Both the position numbers and the translations under genes were made by a program. From Chlorobiota bacterium (lineage in GTDB: Bacteria > Bacteroidota > Ignavibacteria > Kapaibacteriales > NICIL-2), in the NCBI GenBank assembly GCA_026416585.1, contig JAOAEV010000008.1, positions 1 to 63,526 on the forward strand: a DNA stretch of 63,526 bases. The letters run 5' to 3'. Shown here in pieces: positions 1 through 10,438 of this stretch; the first letter of the stretch is position 1; the number at the start of each line of letters is the position of its first letter. The notes beneath the pieces are model-generated. The model saw nothing but the letters and a program-made list of their open reading frames with translations. It had not been told where the DNA came from and did no database searches.

Positions 1-4
1 CAAC

Positions 5-37
5 GAGCGGCATCGGGCAGAGTGCCTAATGCCGCTC
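5..37 (-). terminator. Hairpin downstream of actF (terminator or mRNA-stabilising stem)
   Basis: GAGCGGCAT (5-13) pairs with ATGCCGCTC (29-37); inner GGCA/TGCC with a 3-nt loop; lies 22 nt past the actF stop; any U-tract would fall at or beyond the window edge. Confidence 0.5.
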
Positions 38-59
38 ACTGTTGGTTATGTTTTTATCC

Positions 60-1283
60 TCAAATTGGATCGTAGGCGCCGGTGTGGTATTCGAGCGATT
101 CATGCAGATACGGATCATTGTATGCGACTGCTGAGTGTCGCACAAACGCCCGTGCCGCTACGATGAACAGTACCCCGAGGAATGCAAGGATTGCGCCCCA
201 CCCACTTGTAACGAGTGCCCACGACAATCGGTACGGCTCACCGTGTGCTGCTGAAAACACCGGCAATATTACCCAGCTCAAATCAATCGCATGTGCCACA
301 AGCAGTATGAACGCCCCAATAATGACCAACTGCGGTTTACGTTTGACATCCTGACGGATAAGGAACAAAAACGGTATGATGAAATGAATCACAAGTGAAG
401 CCCAGCCGAATATCTCCCAACCATTCTGGAGGCGCTTGGTGAAGAAAACCGTTTCCTCGGGCAAATTGCCGTACCAGATAATAAAGTACTGAGAGAACGC
501 AACATATGTCCAGAAGATCGTGAAGGCGAACATCAGCTTGCCAACGTCATGATAATGCTCGCGGTTGATGATACCACTAAGATATCCACCTCGATCGAGC
601 ATCCGCATCACGACTATTGTCAGTGACAGTGCTGCAACGAAATGGCCGGCAAACGAGTACACTCCAAAGATTGTGCTGAACCAATGCGGTTCGAGCGTCA
701 TGACAAGATCGAACGAGGCAAATGTAATTGTCAGTGCGTAGAGAAGAACAAATGGTGCAGACAACTTCCATGCTCGTTTGGTTGGCTCAATATCTGTTGT
801 AGTATCTTGACGAAACGAATTACCAACAATAACCCGATACATGAGCAACCACACGACTGCATACAATACAAGCCGTATCCAAAAGAATGGTTGGCTCAAA
901 TACACACCTTTGAAGCCATGATGGAGATGTTCATCGCTCGAATGCATCCACTCATAAAGGTTGCCGCTAACCGCTCCGATAATCAATGGTATTGCAGCAA
1001 TCGGCAGAATCAGAACAAAAGAGGATAGCAGCTCTGGGATACGGCGAATAGCTGCCACCCACCCAGCGTTGACCAAATACGACAGCGCTAAAAAAAACAT
1101 GAGCGTTACACTCAATCCCATCACGTACACGAACCCAAGCAGATACGCTCCCCACCAATACTGTGGATGACCAAATCCACCAACAATAAATGCGATTACT
1201 CCTATCAGAACGAAAATCATTCCCGCTCGCCGAAGTGTTGCGGGGAACGGAGTCTCGGAGAGCATAATGCGATACGTGCTCAT
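60..1283 (-). CDS. actF: Alternative complex III membrane subunit F
   Basis: Polytopic membrane protein with LEPHWFSTIFG, HDVGKLMFAF, FSQYFIIWYGNLPEET motifs; last gene of the act cluster in the window. Confidence 0.9.
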   Translation of the reverse strand: MSTYRIMLSETPFPATLRRAGMIFVLIGVIAFIVGGFGHPQYWWGAYLLGFVYVMGLSVTLMFFLALSYLVNAGWVAAIRRIPELLSSFVLILPIAAIPLIIGAVSGNLYEWMHSSDEHLHHGFKGVYLSQPFFWIRLVLYAVVWLLMYRVIVGNSFRQDTTTDIEPTKRAWKLSAPFVLLYALTITFASFDLVMTLEPHWFSTIFGVYSFAGHFVAALSLTIVVMRMLDRGGYLSGIINREHYHDVGKLMFAFTIFWTYVAFSQYFIIWYGNLPEETVFFTKRLQNGWEIFGWASLVIHFIIPFLFLIRQDVKRKPQLVIIGAFILLVAHAIDLSWVILPVFSAAHGEPYRLSWALVTSGWGAILAFLGVLFIVAARAFVRHSAVAYNDPYLHESLEYHTGAYDPI

Positions 1284-1951
1284 TGCATTGTTTTCGAAAT
1301 GGTGGAACTCTGCACGGAGGTAGCTGCCATCCCGTTGGACTGGGTCAAGCCACCCGCGGCTTTCTGTTGTAGTTCGCGGACGTAATGCACAATTGTCCAG
1401 CGATCTGTTTCTGAAATCCGATCGGCATACGCAGGCATGATGTTCTGCCCTGCACTGATAACATGGAAAATTTTCGCATCGCTGTATTGGCGAGCTTGTT
1501 CACGGAGCAGGTTCATCGTCTCAGCGTTACCAAACCCTTTTTGCTGAACAAGACCATCACCAGTACCGGTGTAGTTGTGGCACGGCGAACAGAAGGTATT
1601 GAAACGATTCTGACCGCGCGCGAGTACAGATTCAGTCTTGGGAAGCGGATTGCCGGCAGCGAAGTACTTTTCCGCCGAGTCCACGTCGCCCATTGCAAAG
1701 GGATATGCACGTCCGACGCGGGGCAGCGTTCCCTCGATGGGATCACGTTGAGCACGATTGTCGGCAAAAAAGCGCGCTTCTCCTTGTGACTTGAGATGAA
1801 ATTGGTCATCCATGTCAGGAACCACCATCAACGGTGGTTCTTCGCTGAACCACCAAATTTTTCCCGACAGGACTCCAATTGCGAACGTTACCAGCAATAT
1901 TGTGACGATAGCTATTGTGATTTTCAGTGCTGTATTCATTGATCCAGTCAT
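1280..1951 (-). CDS. actE: Alternative complex III monoheme cytochrome c subunit E
   Basis: CSPCH heme motif, PDMDDQ and DRWTIVHYVRELQ segments; sits between actD and actF. Confidence 0.88.
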   Translation of the reverse strand: MTGSMNTALKITIAIVTILLVTFAIGVLSGKIWWFSEEPPLMVVPDMDDQFHLKSQGEARFFADNRAQRDPIEGTLPRVGRAYPFAMGDVDSAEKYFAAGNPLPKTESVLARGQNRFNTFCSPCHNYTGTGDGLVQQKGFGNAETMNLLREQARQYSDAKIFHVISAGQNIMPAYADRISETDRWTIVHYVRELQQKAAGGLTQSNGMAATSVQSSTISKTMQ

Positions 1952-1957
1952 GAGTCG

Positions 1958-2524
1958 TTAGCCTACAGAAACCGCTTCAGTGTTTTCATTGGAAGCGTAG
2001 TGAACGTGAACATTTGCGCCACCAACGTTTTTGAGAAGCTGCTGGGTGTCGCTCGTAGTATAGCGAGGATCATCAGCGAAAATCGCCAGAACAAAAGTAT
2101 CATCCGTCGCACGTTGGAAAGAGCTGTCATCTTGGAGTGGGTGCCACCACGTCGGGAGCCGACATAGGTGCAACAGTCCAATCAAGGTGAAGAAGGCACA
2201 AATAAGCACGGTAAGCTCAAAATCCACCGGAACGGAAAACTGTATCGCAAAAAATGGCTTGCCACCGATATTGAGTTTGTAATCAAATCCACCCGTCCAC
2301 CATTGCAACAGAAGTGCACTGGCTAACCCCGTCAATCCTCCGGCAAACGAAATGTATGGGAGTATTGTCCGCTGCACACCCATAGCACGGTCAAGCCCAT
2401 GCACAGGATACGGCGTGTAACAATCGAACTTCGCGTAACCGCGTTCGTGAACAGCACGTGCAGCAGCGACTATTGCATCTGGGTCGTGAAATTCAGCGAT
2501 TGTCGCGATTGGTTTAGCTTCCAT
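1958..2524 (-). CDS. actD: Alternative complex III subunit D (DUF3341)
   Basis: YTPYPVHGLDRAMG, IGGKP and FELTVL motifs; two TM helices. Confidence 0.9.
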   Translation of the reverse strand: MEAKPIATIAEFHDPDAIVAAARAVHERGYAKFDCYTPYPVHGLDRAMGVQRTILPYISFAGGLTGLASALLLQWWTGGFDYKLNIGGKPFFAIQFSVPVDFELTVLICAFFTLIGLLHLCRLPTWWHPLQDDSSFQRATDDTFVLAIFADDPRYTTSDTQQLLKNVGGANVHVHYASNENTEAVSVG

Positions 2525-2527
2525 CGT

Positions 2528-3970
2528 TTACGAGCCGTGAGTATGTTCGACTTGTGAATGTTGCATCGCAGAGGTCCCATGATGATGGCGCGGTTGTGCA
2601 GTCGGGAGAATCGCCTTCACTTCCGCGATCGCGATAACAGGAATGTATTTGGCAAAGAGCAAAAACAATGTAAGGAATATACCGAATGTGCCTGCGAAGA
2701 TGGAGACCTCTACCCATGTCGGCGTGTAATAGCCCCAACTGGCAGGCAAAAAGTCGTGGTGCAAACTTGTCGCGATAATCGTAAACCGCTCGAACCACAT
2801 CCCAATGTTGACTAAAATCGAGACGATGAACATCAGCGGGATATTTCGGCGAAGTTTCTTGAACCAGAACACCTGCGGGGAAACCACGTTGCACAGCACC
2901 ATGGTCCAGTACGCCCATGCATAGTCCCCCGTCGCACGATTGATGAATACAAATGACTCGTATGGATTGCCGGAGTATTGAGCAATGAAGAATTCCATTG
3001 CATAGGCATAGCCGACCATCATCCCCGTTGCAAGAATGATCTTATTCATGTTCTCTAAATGCTTTAGCGTAATGTACTCTTTGAGGTCGAGCACCTCACG
3101 GGCAATGACAAGCAACGTCATCACCATTGCGAATCCAGAAAAGATTGCCCCTGCGACAAAGTACGGAGGAAAAATGGTCGTGTGCCAACCCGGCAAAATG
3201 CCAGCAGTAAAATCAAGTGATACGACCGAGTGCACCGACAAAACGAGTGGCGTTGAGAGCCCTGCCAGAATCAGGTAAGCCATTTCGTAGCGATGCCAAT
3301 GACGCATCGAACCGCTCCAGCCAAGCGAGAAAAAGCCATAGAGCCGCTTGGCAAGTTTGTTTTTCACCACATCACGCAATGTCGCCAGATCTGGCACCAT
3401 TCCCAAAAACCAGAAGATCAAGGACACGGTCAAGTATGTCGAGACCGCAAACACGTCCCATTCAAGTGGGGAGCGGAAGTTTGTCCACATTTGCATTTGG
3501 TTGGGGTACGGAATCAGCCAGTATGCGAACCATATTCTCCCAACATGAATCAGCGGAAAGAGCCCCGCACAAATAACTGCAAAGATTGTCATTGCTTCGG
3601 CAGAGCGATTGATGGCAGTGCGCCACTTCTGCCGAAACAGAAAGAGAATCGCAGATATGAGCGTTCCCGCATGACCGATCCCGATCCAGAAGACGAAATT
3701 GGTAATGTCCCATCCCCATCCGATCGGATTATTCAATCCCCACACACCAATTCCGGTCAAAATGGTGTAGAGAATACAACCAACGCCCCAGGCAGCAATC
3801 GCAGATGTAAAGCTCAATGCCATCAGATATTTGGGCGATGGCTTTTCTTCAGCGATACCGGCGATTTTGGCTGTGATGTCATGCAGCGTAGGCTCTCCAA
3901 GTACAAGCGGTTCACGCTCGTAGTGAATACCATCGGGTCGGTGCATCTGTTGTGCGACGGTAGTTGACAT
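2528..3970 (-). CDS. actC: Alternative complex III quinol-oxidising subunit C (NrfD family)
   Basis: [64 protein letters not shown]. Confidence 0.95.
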   Translation of the reverse strand: MSTTVAQQMHRPDGIHYEREPLVLGEPTLHDITAKIAGIAEEKPSPKYLMALSFTSAIAAWGVGCILYTILTGIGVWGLNNPIGWGWDITNFVFWIGIGHAGTLISAILFLFRQKWRTAINRSAEAMTIFAVICAGLFPLIHVGRIWFAYWLIPYPNQMQMWTNFRSPLEWDVFAVSTYLTVSLIFWFLGMVPDLATLRDVVKNKLAKRLYGFFSLGWSGSMRHWHRYEMAYLILAGLSTPLVLSVHSVVSLDFTAGILPGWHTTIFPPYFVAGAIFSGFAMVMTLLVIAREVLDLKEYITLKHLENMNKIILATGMMVGYAYAMEFFIAQYSGNPYESFVFINRATGDYAWAYWTMVLCNVVSPQVFWFKKLRRNIPLMFIVSILVNIGMWFERFTIIATSLHHDFLPASWGYYTPTWVEVSIFAGTFGIFLTLFLLFAKYIPVIAIAEVKAILPTAQPRHHHGTSAMQHSQVEHTHGS

Positions 3971-3972
3971 AA

Positions 3973-6900
3973 CTAAGCCACCGTGGGAGTAGTGTTACGA
4001 ACTTTCGCAAGGTATGTTACCGATGGACGAACGTTGAGTTCCTGCAACACCAGGAACGAACGCTCACTGTTGCGCAGCTTCGAGACGCGACTGTCGGGAT
4101 CGTTAAGATTGCCAAACGTGATTGCCGAAGCTGGGCACGCTTGCTCGCATGCCGTTTGAACGGCACCATCCGGAACACGGGCATGCCCTGCATCTTTAGC
4201 GTGGTATTTTGCTTCGTTGATGCGTTGGACACAGAATGTGCATTTTTCCATCACCCCGCGCATGCGGACTGTTACATCTGGGTTCATTGCCAAATCCAGC
4301 GGGTGCGGCTCTCCGGTACCAAGTTTTTCTTCGTAGAAGCGACGGAAATATGCCAGAAAGTTGAAGCGCCGCACTTTATAGGGGCAGTTATTGAGACAGT
4401 ACCGCGTCCCGACACAGCGGTTGTAAACCATTTCATTGAGTCCCTCTGGGGAATGCACAGTTGCAGCAACGGGACACACATTCTCACATGGAGCATTCTC
4501 GCAGTGCTGACAGAGCATTGGTTCGACAACGCTGCGCGGATCATCCGGCGTCCCCAGATAGTACCGGTCAAGCCGAATCCAGTGCATCACACGACCGCGC
4601 AGCACCTGATCTTTACCGACAGGTGGAATATTGTTTTCGCTTTCGCACGCTATGACGCACGCATTACATCCTGTGCACGCTGACAGGTCAATCACCATTC
4701 CCCACTTGTGCCCCTTGTATTGGTAGCCTTCGACAATGTTGAGTGGAATCTTGAAATGCCCATCGCTACCGCTGCTTGGGAACTCAATGCCTTTGAGTTC
4801 TTTTCCTTGCTTGAACTCATCGAGAGTCAAATCATGGACAATCGGGCGGAATTTGTCTTCTGGTGCGTCAGGCTCCCACTGTTTGGTGAACTGCGAGTGA
4901 AAATACTTCTGCGTTCGTGCAATTGGAGAACGTTTTTCAGTACGTGTCACCGTTGTTGCGTAGTACCCAAATGTTCCGCTCATGAGTAGTGCATATGCAT
5001 TTTGCCCGTACCCTGCTGCAACTTTGCCTGCTGCTCGGCCGTAACCAAGCGTTGTCACGATAACGCCATCATGCATGCCATATTGCGTCAGCACAGGCAA
5101 CTCCATGGACTTGCCATTGACACGAACAGTAATAACCTCCTCATCGCCTATACCCAGCTTTGCGGCGGTGCCTTTGGACATGATGGCGACATTTTCCCAC
5201 GTATGCTTTGTGACTGGGTCAGGACACTCAAGCAACCACGGATTGTTCGTGTGCGAGCCGTCATACACCGAGCTACTTGGAACGACAAGCAATGCCAGTT
5301 CGCCCACCTGCAACGCTGGACGGAAGCTCGAAAGCACTGAAAGATTCGCCGCTGGTGCCACTGTTGGTGTTCCTGGGACATAACCTTTGCGGAGAAGCTG
5401 TTCCCACTCCGCTTCAGAGCCAACACGCCGCAGTACAGCCTGTTTGAAAAAGTCGAAGTATTTCTCGGCGCCGCCGACGGTATCAGGTGCGAGTTCCTTG
5501 ATCAAGCCAAAAAGCAGCTCACCACTCGAAAGCGCATTGGCAGGCAATGGAGCTATCAGTGGTTGCTGAATGCAGTACGAGCCATCAAACGCGAGGGCAT
5601 CGCCCCAGCTTTCGTATTGGTGCGCTGACGGTATAGTAATGCTACATTGCTGAGCCGTCTCGTCATCAATCAAGCTATGAGCGAAGCGATGCGGTACCCG
5701 ACGCAAAAGGGTCTTCAATTCGTCATCAGCGGTGTACTCAGGATTGACGTTACTGAAGAGAACAGCCCCGATTCGATCGTTGCGCAAATCATCGCGAAGT
5801 GTTTCGACAGCAGCACGTTTTCCACCACTCATCGGAAGGACATATTCGAAAATTTTGCCCTGACCGACACTGCCGATCAGCACATTGATTGCCATCCCAA
5901 CAGCATGCGCATACGAAGATAAATGCTCCCCAACGAGCACGCAGCCACGTTCCCCAGCTGTCAACAACTCACGTGCGATAGACTCCGCGGCAGCCGACGC
6001 AGCAGTTGGGTACGACAGGGGCGTTACACCTTTCGCCCGTGCAATAGCGTTGTATAGTGCCGTCAGGAACCCTTCGTACTGGTTAGGATGAATGAGAACT
6101 CGCTTATCAGCTGCCGCGCCCGTTTGCGAGTAGCGTCCCTCGACTGCAATAAACCTGCTCATCGTAGGGTTGTTTCTGGTCGGACGGCGACGTGACGCAA
6201 AACCACGCGTCAGGTGGACTGCATTACGATCGGTGCTTAAAAAGTCAGCATCGCACGACACAATAACATCGGCGCGCTCGAGGTTCGGCACAAGCGTTCC
6301 ATCAATTCCAAACAGCGCTTTTGTCGCTTCAGCTGCACCATCGGCAATGGCCCAGGGGAACACGACAACTTTTGTGTTCGGGACATGCTGTTCGACCAAT
6401 TGTGCAAGCATCTGAAGCATCGGCGAGCAATGCTCATCGAGAAGAATGCGCACTTGCTTCCCGTCAGCTGCAGTTTGGCGAATAGCGTTTGCAATTTGCG
6501 CAATAGCATTTGTTGGTGTTGAGTAATTTCCACTCGGTATAACGCCGGTGCGTCTGCCAACTAAAATTGGACGAATGCGCTCAGGATCGTAGAGCTCAAA
6601 CAGTGTTGCTTGGATGAGAGCATTCGATTTACCACTAACGATCGGATGGAGATCATTCCCTTCGACTTTGACTGGCCTTCCTTCACGAACCCGAACCACG
6701 AGTGGATGAACAACGTTCTTGTGCATGTAGCACGTGCTATAATAGAGCGGCACCCCAGGAATTGCATATTCAGGATTTTTGATTGCGGGAACAAGCTTAT
6801 AATCAGGGCGGCGACATGCTGCTGCAGTCACAGCCATTGCTGCTGAAAGCATCGCCATAAATGAACGGCGCGACACCGGACTTTCCAAAATCGGCGGTAG

Positions 6901-7008
6901 ATGCTCGCTCTCACTCGGTTCTTCGCCGGTGACAGCGGCGAAATGCTCCATGCTTGCTTGGAATAGCAAATCGTGTTGCGTTTGGTTTGCCATAGTCTGG
7001 TTTGCCAT
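3973..7008 (-). CDS. actB: Alternative complex III subunit B (molybdopterin-oxidoreductase-like domain plus Fe-S domain), Tat lipoprotein
   Basis: Tat motif SRRSF followed by AAAC lipobox; Fe-S motifs [41 protein letters not shown]...CEQACP; ATG at 7008 overlaps the actA TGA. Confidence 0.93.
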   Translation of the reverse strand: MANQTMANQTQHDLLFQASMEHFAAVTGEEPSESEHLPPILESPVSRRSFMAMLSAAMAVTAAACRRPDYKLVPAIKNPEYAIPGVPLYYSTCYMHKNVVHPLVVRVREGRPVKVEGNDLHPIVSGKSNALIQATLFELYDPERIRPILVGRRTGVIPSGNYSTPTNAIAQIANAIRQTAADGKQVRILLDEHCSPMLQMLAQLVEQHVPNTKVVVFPWAIADGAAEATKALFGIDGTLVPNLERADVIVSCDADFLSTDRNAVHLTRGFASRRRPTRNNPTMSRFIAVEGRYSQTGAAADKRVLIHPNQYEGFLTALYNAIARAKGVTPLSYPTAASAAAESIARELLTAGERGCVLVGEHLSSYAHAVGMAINVLIGSVGQGKIFEYVLPMSGGKRAAVETLRDDLRNDRIGAVLFSNVNPEYTADDELKTLLRRVPHRFAHSLIDDETAQQCSITIPSAHQYESWGDALAFDGSYCIQQPLIAPLPANALSSGELLFGLIKELAPDTVGGAEKYFDFFKQAVLRRVGSEAEWEQLLRKGYVPGTPTVAPAANLSVLSSFRPALQVGELALLVVPSSSVYDGSHTNNPWLLECPDPVTKHTWENVAIMSKGTAAKLGIGDEEVITVRVNGKSMELPVLTQYGMHDGVIVTTLGYGRAAGKVAAGYGQNAYALLMSGTFGYYATTVTRTEKRSPIARTQKYFHSQFTKQWEPDAPEDKFRPIVHDLTLDEFKQGKELKGIEFPSSGSDGHFKIPLNIVEGYQYKGHKWGMVIDLSACTGCNACVIACESENNIPPVGKDQVLRGRVMHWIRLDRYYLGTPDDPRSVVEPMLCQHCENAPCENVCPVAATVHSPEGLNEMVYNRCVGTRYCLNNCPYKVRRFNFLAYFRRFYEEKLGTGEPHPLDLAMNPDVTVRMRGVMEKCTFCVQRINEAKYHAKDAGHARVPDGAVQTACEQACPASAITFGNLNDPDSRVSKLRNSERSFLVLQELNVRPSVTYLAKVRNTTPTVA
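6979..7008 (-). repeat. Imperfect 15-bp tandem duplication at the actB start ([10 protein letters not shown])
   Basis: Minus strand reads ATGGCAAACCAGACT ATGGCAAACCAAACG. Confidence 0.7.
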
Positions 7009-7763
7009 CAGTAGTGACACGCTGAACAATTCTCCGGTCCCAACCCCGGCAGTTTGGGATGCGGAATCCCAGCAATCTCGGGTTTGGGCACATCGGTTTC
7101 CCATGCACCGAACTGCGGTGCAGTAATTGGCCGCACCCGAGCTGCCACACCAGCAGCGAGATTGGAGTTGATCGGCTCAAATAGATGCTCACGATAATCT
7201 TGAGGTAAGCGCCCACCGGTGAAGATGCCAGAAATCGGTCGAGCGGGGACGATGTTTTCTTCAGGATGGCGATGACAATTGAGACACCACCCCATTGAAA
7301 GCGGCTTATTCTGTGCAATTACGCCCTGAATTTCAACATTGCCGTGGCACGACTGGCAATCAATCTGTGCGCGGATGTGCCGTGAGTGATTGAAGTGCAC
7401 GTAGTCTGGTAACTTGTGCACGCGTCGCCACTGAAGTGGTATGCCTTTTTCCCAACTATCTCGAACCAGTTGAAGTTTGGGGCTTTCTGCCTTTATCACG
7501 ATATGGCAGCCCATACAGGTACTCGTCGTTGGAATCGGCGAATGTTCTGATTGCTCAACGCCTGCATGGCAGTATTGACAATGAATCTGCAACTGACCGA
7601 CGTGCAGCTTGTGCGAAAATGGTATCGGTTGTTGCGGGCGATACCCCACATCGCTCACGTCGTTGCGCATACCAAAGTACAGCACGAGAGCACCTACGGC
7701 GACGACCGTGCCCCCACCAAGTATGCTACGTTTGAGTATTCGATCAACACGCTGTGAAAACAT
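7008..7763 (-). CDS. actA: Alternative complex III pentaheme cytochrome c subunit A
   Basis: Five CxxCH motifs (CQYCH, CMGCH, CQSCH, CLNCH, CSACH); QPIPFSHKLH, LPDYVHFNHSRH; N-terminal TM; start moved to ATG 7763. Confidence 0.92.
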   Translation of the reverse strand: MFSQRVDRILKRSILGGGTVVAVGALVLYFGMRNDVSDVGYRPQQPIPFSHKLHVGQLQIHCQYCHAGVEQSEHSPIPTTSTCMGCHIVIKAESPKLQLVRDSWEKGIPLQWRRVHKLPDYVHFNHSRHIRAQIDCQSCHGNVEIQGVIAQNKPLSMGWCLNCHRHPEENIVPARPISGIFTGGRLPQDYREHLFEPINSNLAAGVAARVRPITAPQFGAWETDVPKPEIAGIPHPKLPGLGPENCSACHY

Positions 7764-7786
7764 GGTGCGATGAACAAATAGTGCGA

Positions 7787-8335
7787 CTACGATCGCCATG
7801 CATAAAGCATGACGTACACTGCAACGCCGCTGAGTGCGACGTACAACCACAGCGGCAATGTCCACTGCGCTATTCTTCGATGCCGTGCGAACTCATTTCT
7901 CCACGCCCGCACAATTGTAAACAGCGCAAGAGGGACGATGACTGCTGCCAGTATTATGTGTGTAACTAAAATCAACAGATACACCACTCGTGCAAGTCCT
8001 GTGCCGCTGAAGTACACAGGCTCTGCTTTTTGCGTGTGGTAAATCACATACGAAATCAAAAATAACGTCGAAAGAGCAAAGGCACTAAGCATGAGTGTAC
8101 GATGTATCGTAATCTTTCGACGCCGAATTGCCCAATAGCCAATCGACAAGAGCACTGCAACCGTTCCATTTATGAACGCATGGAACGCCGGCGCATAGGA
8201 AACGTCAACTGTGCCGAACCGCAATACCCCAGGGTTGAGTATGATGAATGCTACCAAAGCACTGATAACAATCGCGACTGCCGAAATGACGATGCGTAGT
8301 GTGTGGTCAGACATTCCGACAATGGAGCGTTTCAT
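7787..8335 (-). CDS. DUF420 family membrane protein (oxidase-associated)
   Basis: HRTLMLSAFALSTLFLISYVIYH, HIILA, HRRIAQWTLPLWLYVALSG. Confidence 0.85.
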   Translation of the reverse strand: MKRSIVGMSDHTLRIVISAVAIVISALVAFIILNPGVLRFGTVDVSYAPAFHAFINGTVAVLLSIGYWAIRRRKITIHRTLMLSAFALSTLFLISYVIYHTQKAEPVYFSGTGLARVVYLLILVTHIILAAVIVPLALFTIVRAWRNEFARHRRIAQWTLPLWLYVALSGVAVYVMLYAWRS

Positions 8336-8919
8336 TGCTGCGCCTGCTGCCGTTGGTTATACTCGATAAGGAGCGAACGCAGCCGTTCGACATCGCTCGA
8401 ATCAAGGCTGTTGAAATATCCTCTTATCATACCGTCGGAACCAACGAGCACAAGGCGCGAACTATGCAAGTCTGGTGTCTTCGGATCACTGAGCAAAAAG
8501 CCATCACGAGAGAGCACCCGAACTGTATCGAGGGGTGCTCGCACGATATACCACACACCAGCACGTGCACCGTACTCGCGGGCATACTGTGCCAGCACTG
8601 GTAAGCTGTCATTGTCAGGGTCAACGCTGAACGAAACAAAACGTACCCGATCACCGAGTTCACGCTGCAGGGACGCAATATGACGATTCATAACAGGACA
8701 GACACCCTGACATGTTGCAAACATAAACGATGCGATCCACGGGCGTCCCAGTAGGGCTCGACTTTCGAGTCGTGAACCGTCGTAGTTGGTAGCTGTAAAT
8801 GATGGTGCTGTTTTGATGCGTGGCAATTCTTCCCATGCCATATTCCGGTTGTCATCACCACAACCAGGCGCAAGCACCAGCCAGACAACACAACCAATTA
8901 CATGCACCGTGGCTTTCAT
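8332..8919 (-). CDS. SCO1/SenC copper chaperone, lipoprotein
   Basis: CQGVCP copper motif, SVDPDND, conserved His in DLHSS; lipobox-like APGC. Confidence 0.9.
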   Translation of the reverse strand: MKATVHVIGCVVWLVLAPGCGDDNRNMAWEELPRIKTAPSFTATNYDGSRLESRALLGRPWIASFMFATCQGVCPVMNRHIASLQRELGDRVRFVSFSVDPDNDSLPVLAQYAREYGARAGVWYIVRAPLDTVRVLSRDGFLLSDPKTPDLHSSRLVLVGSDGMIRGYFNSLDSSDVERLRSLLIEYNQRQQAQQ

Positions 8920-9839
8920 AGTACGTCCACTGCTGCCAAAAGAAACAAACCCATCAGGAATATGTACGTTGTCATCAGTACACGACGCGCATTGGCCGAA
9001 TTAGGCACGCGAACAAGGTGGACGCAACGCACAAGCAACCATACGCTCAAAATCGCAGCTCCCACAAAGTAGAGCGTCCCTGCTCGACCGAGAACAAACC
9101 ACGCAATACTCGATGCTACCAGGAGCACCGAATACCCAAGCGTATGCCATGCCAACGGGCGAACCCGCCCGCCTGCAAGCAGGACAATCCCGCCACGACG
9201 GTAGTCGTCGGCATACATGATGGCTAATGCTAAAAAGTGCGGCAGTTGCCACCAAAACATTATTGCACCCAGTATCGCTGCGTCAGCAGAGACAAAGCTG
9301 CCTCCGCCAGCAACCCATCCACCGACAACTGGCAATGCACCCGGGACACCACCAACAAACAACGCCACTGACGTACGGGTTTTGAGCGGGGTGTATACGA
9401 CCACATACAGAACAACAGTCGCAATACCGAGCACAGCAACAAGAATATCAAGCATTGTTAACACGCCAGCGCCCACAACAAACGCAAGCGTCGCGAATAT
9501 TCCTGCTACATGTGGGGTAATTTTCCCGGATGGCAGTGGTCGAAGCGATGTTCGCTGCATAACCGCATCGGTAGTGCGCTCGAGCAGATGATTGAAAGCG
9601 CCAGCGCTTGCACCGAGTGCAAGTACCCCCACGGTTAGTCCGGCAAACCGTAGTACCATCTCCCACGCACCATAGTGCTCCCACGGCTTGGCAACCAGAA
9701 AGCCAACAGCAGCTGTAACGACCTCCATTAGCGTAATACCTGGCTTCGACAGCTCAACTACTGCACGCAACCACAACGATCGCGGCAGTATAAGCTGCTG
9801 AGCTGATGTTGGTGTCACAGGCATTGCGTCAATTGACAT
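8916..9839 (-). CDS. ctaB: Protoheme IX farnesyltransferase (heme O synthase)
   Basis: ERTTDAVMQRTSLRPLPSG, YTPLK, GGVPGALP, WQLPHFLAL, DDYRRGG. Confidence 0.93.
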   Translation of the reverse strand: MSIDAMPVTPTSAQQLILPRSLWLRAVVELSKPGITLMEVVTAAVGFLVAKPWEHYGAWEMVLRFAGLTVGVLALGASAGAFNHLLERTTDAVMQRTSLRPLPSGKITPHVAGIFATLAFVVGAGVLTMLDILVAVLGIATVVLYVVVYTPLKTRTSVALFVGGVPGALPVVGGWVAGGGSFVSADAAILGAIMFWWQLPHFLALAIMYADDYRRGGIVLLAGGRVRPLAWHTLGYSVLLVASSIAWFVLGRAGTLYFVGAAILSVWLLVRCVHLVRVPNSANARRVLMTTYIFLMGLFLLAAVDVL

Positions 9840-10360
9840 CAGAGAGGCTGCTCAAGTTCAGCTTCAGTGTACTGCGTCGTACGACTTTTCGTTGCTTCCC
9901 GGACTCGCGCAACGTCCTCAGGTTTGATTTCACTGGCACTGTTGCCCCAACTTGTTCGAACGTGATTAAGAATTGCGGCAATTTCTTCGTCGGAAAACAC
10001 TGAGTGCCACGGCTGCATCACACCATTATACTTGACACCACTACGAACGATAGCGCCACGGAATCCATGGAGCACAATACGTATCGGTTTAGTAACATCG
10101 TCGCTCGTTGCAAGCACAGAGCCTGCAAGCGGGGGAATACTCCCAGAAATCCCCTTTCCTGTCGTTTGATGACATGATGCACAATTTTTGTTGAAGAGTT
10201 TCGCACCGAGCGATTGATTCTGGTCACCAGCGGCTTGTGCTTCACTCGGTCCGTGCCAGACGGGATCGTCGGCCTGCGAAATAAAAAAGCCGCGAATGTT
10301 GCATGCGGCAAGTGTCAGCGCCAAAAGGATCGCAAACGAACCTGTTGTTAGTAGTCGCAT
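9839..10360 (-). CDS. Monoheme c-type cytochrome, lipoprotein
   Basis: LAAC lipobox, CASCH, PPLAGS, YNGVMQPW (Met ligand), RTSWGN; start moved to ATG 10360. Confidence 0.85.
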   Translation of the reverse strand: MRLLTTGSFAILLALTLAACNIRGFFISQADDPVWHGPSEAQAAGDQNQSLGAKLFNKNCASCHQTTGKGISGSIPPLAGSVLATSDDVTKPIRIVLHGFRGAIVRSGVKYNGVMQPWHSVFSDEEIAAILNHVRTSWGNSASEIKPEDVARVREATKSRTTQYTEAELEQPL

Positions 10361-10399
10361 AGAATGTGCACTCGCAGTGATAAGCAACGATTGCTACCA

Positions 10400-10407
10400 C
10401 AAAATTA
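10400..10407 (-). promoter_or_regulatory. Bacteroidota-type -7 promoter element for the cyt c-ctaB-SCO-act operon
   Basis: TAATTTTG on the minus strand matches TAnnTTTG. Confidence 0.55.
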
Positions 10408-10438
10408 CACGACACAGGCACCATCACACCAAACACTC

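Noticed and set aside
3293-3967. 224-aa plus-strand ORF, and many similar 60-220 aa ORFs in the track
   Set aside because: They lie antisense or out of frame within confident genes and have no protein-like motifs
7009-7104. Extended N-termini given by the ORF track (actB here; also actA, rnhB, PTPS, nosF, the TPR gene and the FAD oxidoreductase)
   Set aside because: The extensions overlap neighbouring genes or promoter elements; downstream ATGs match family N-termini better
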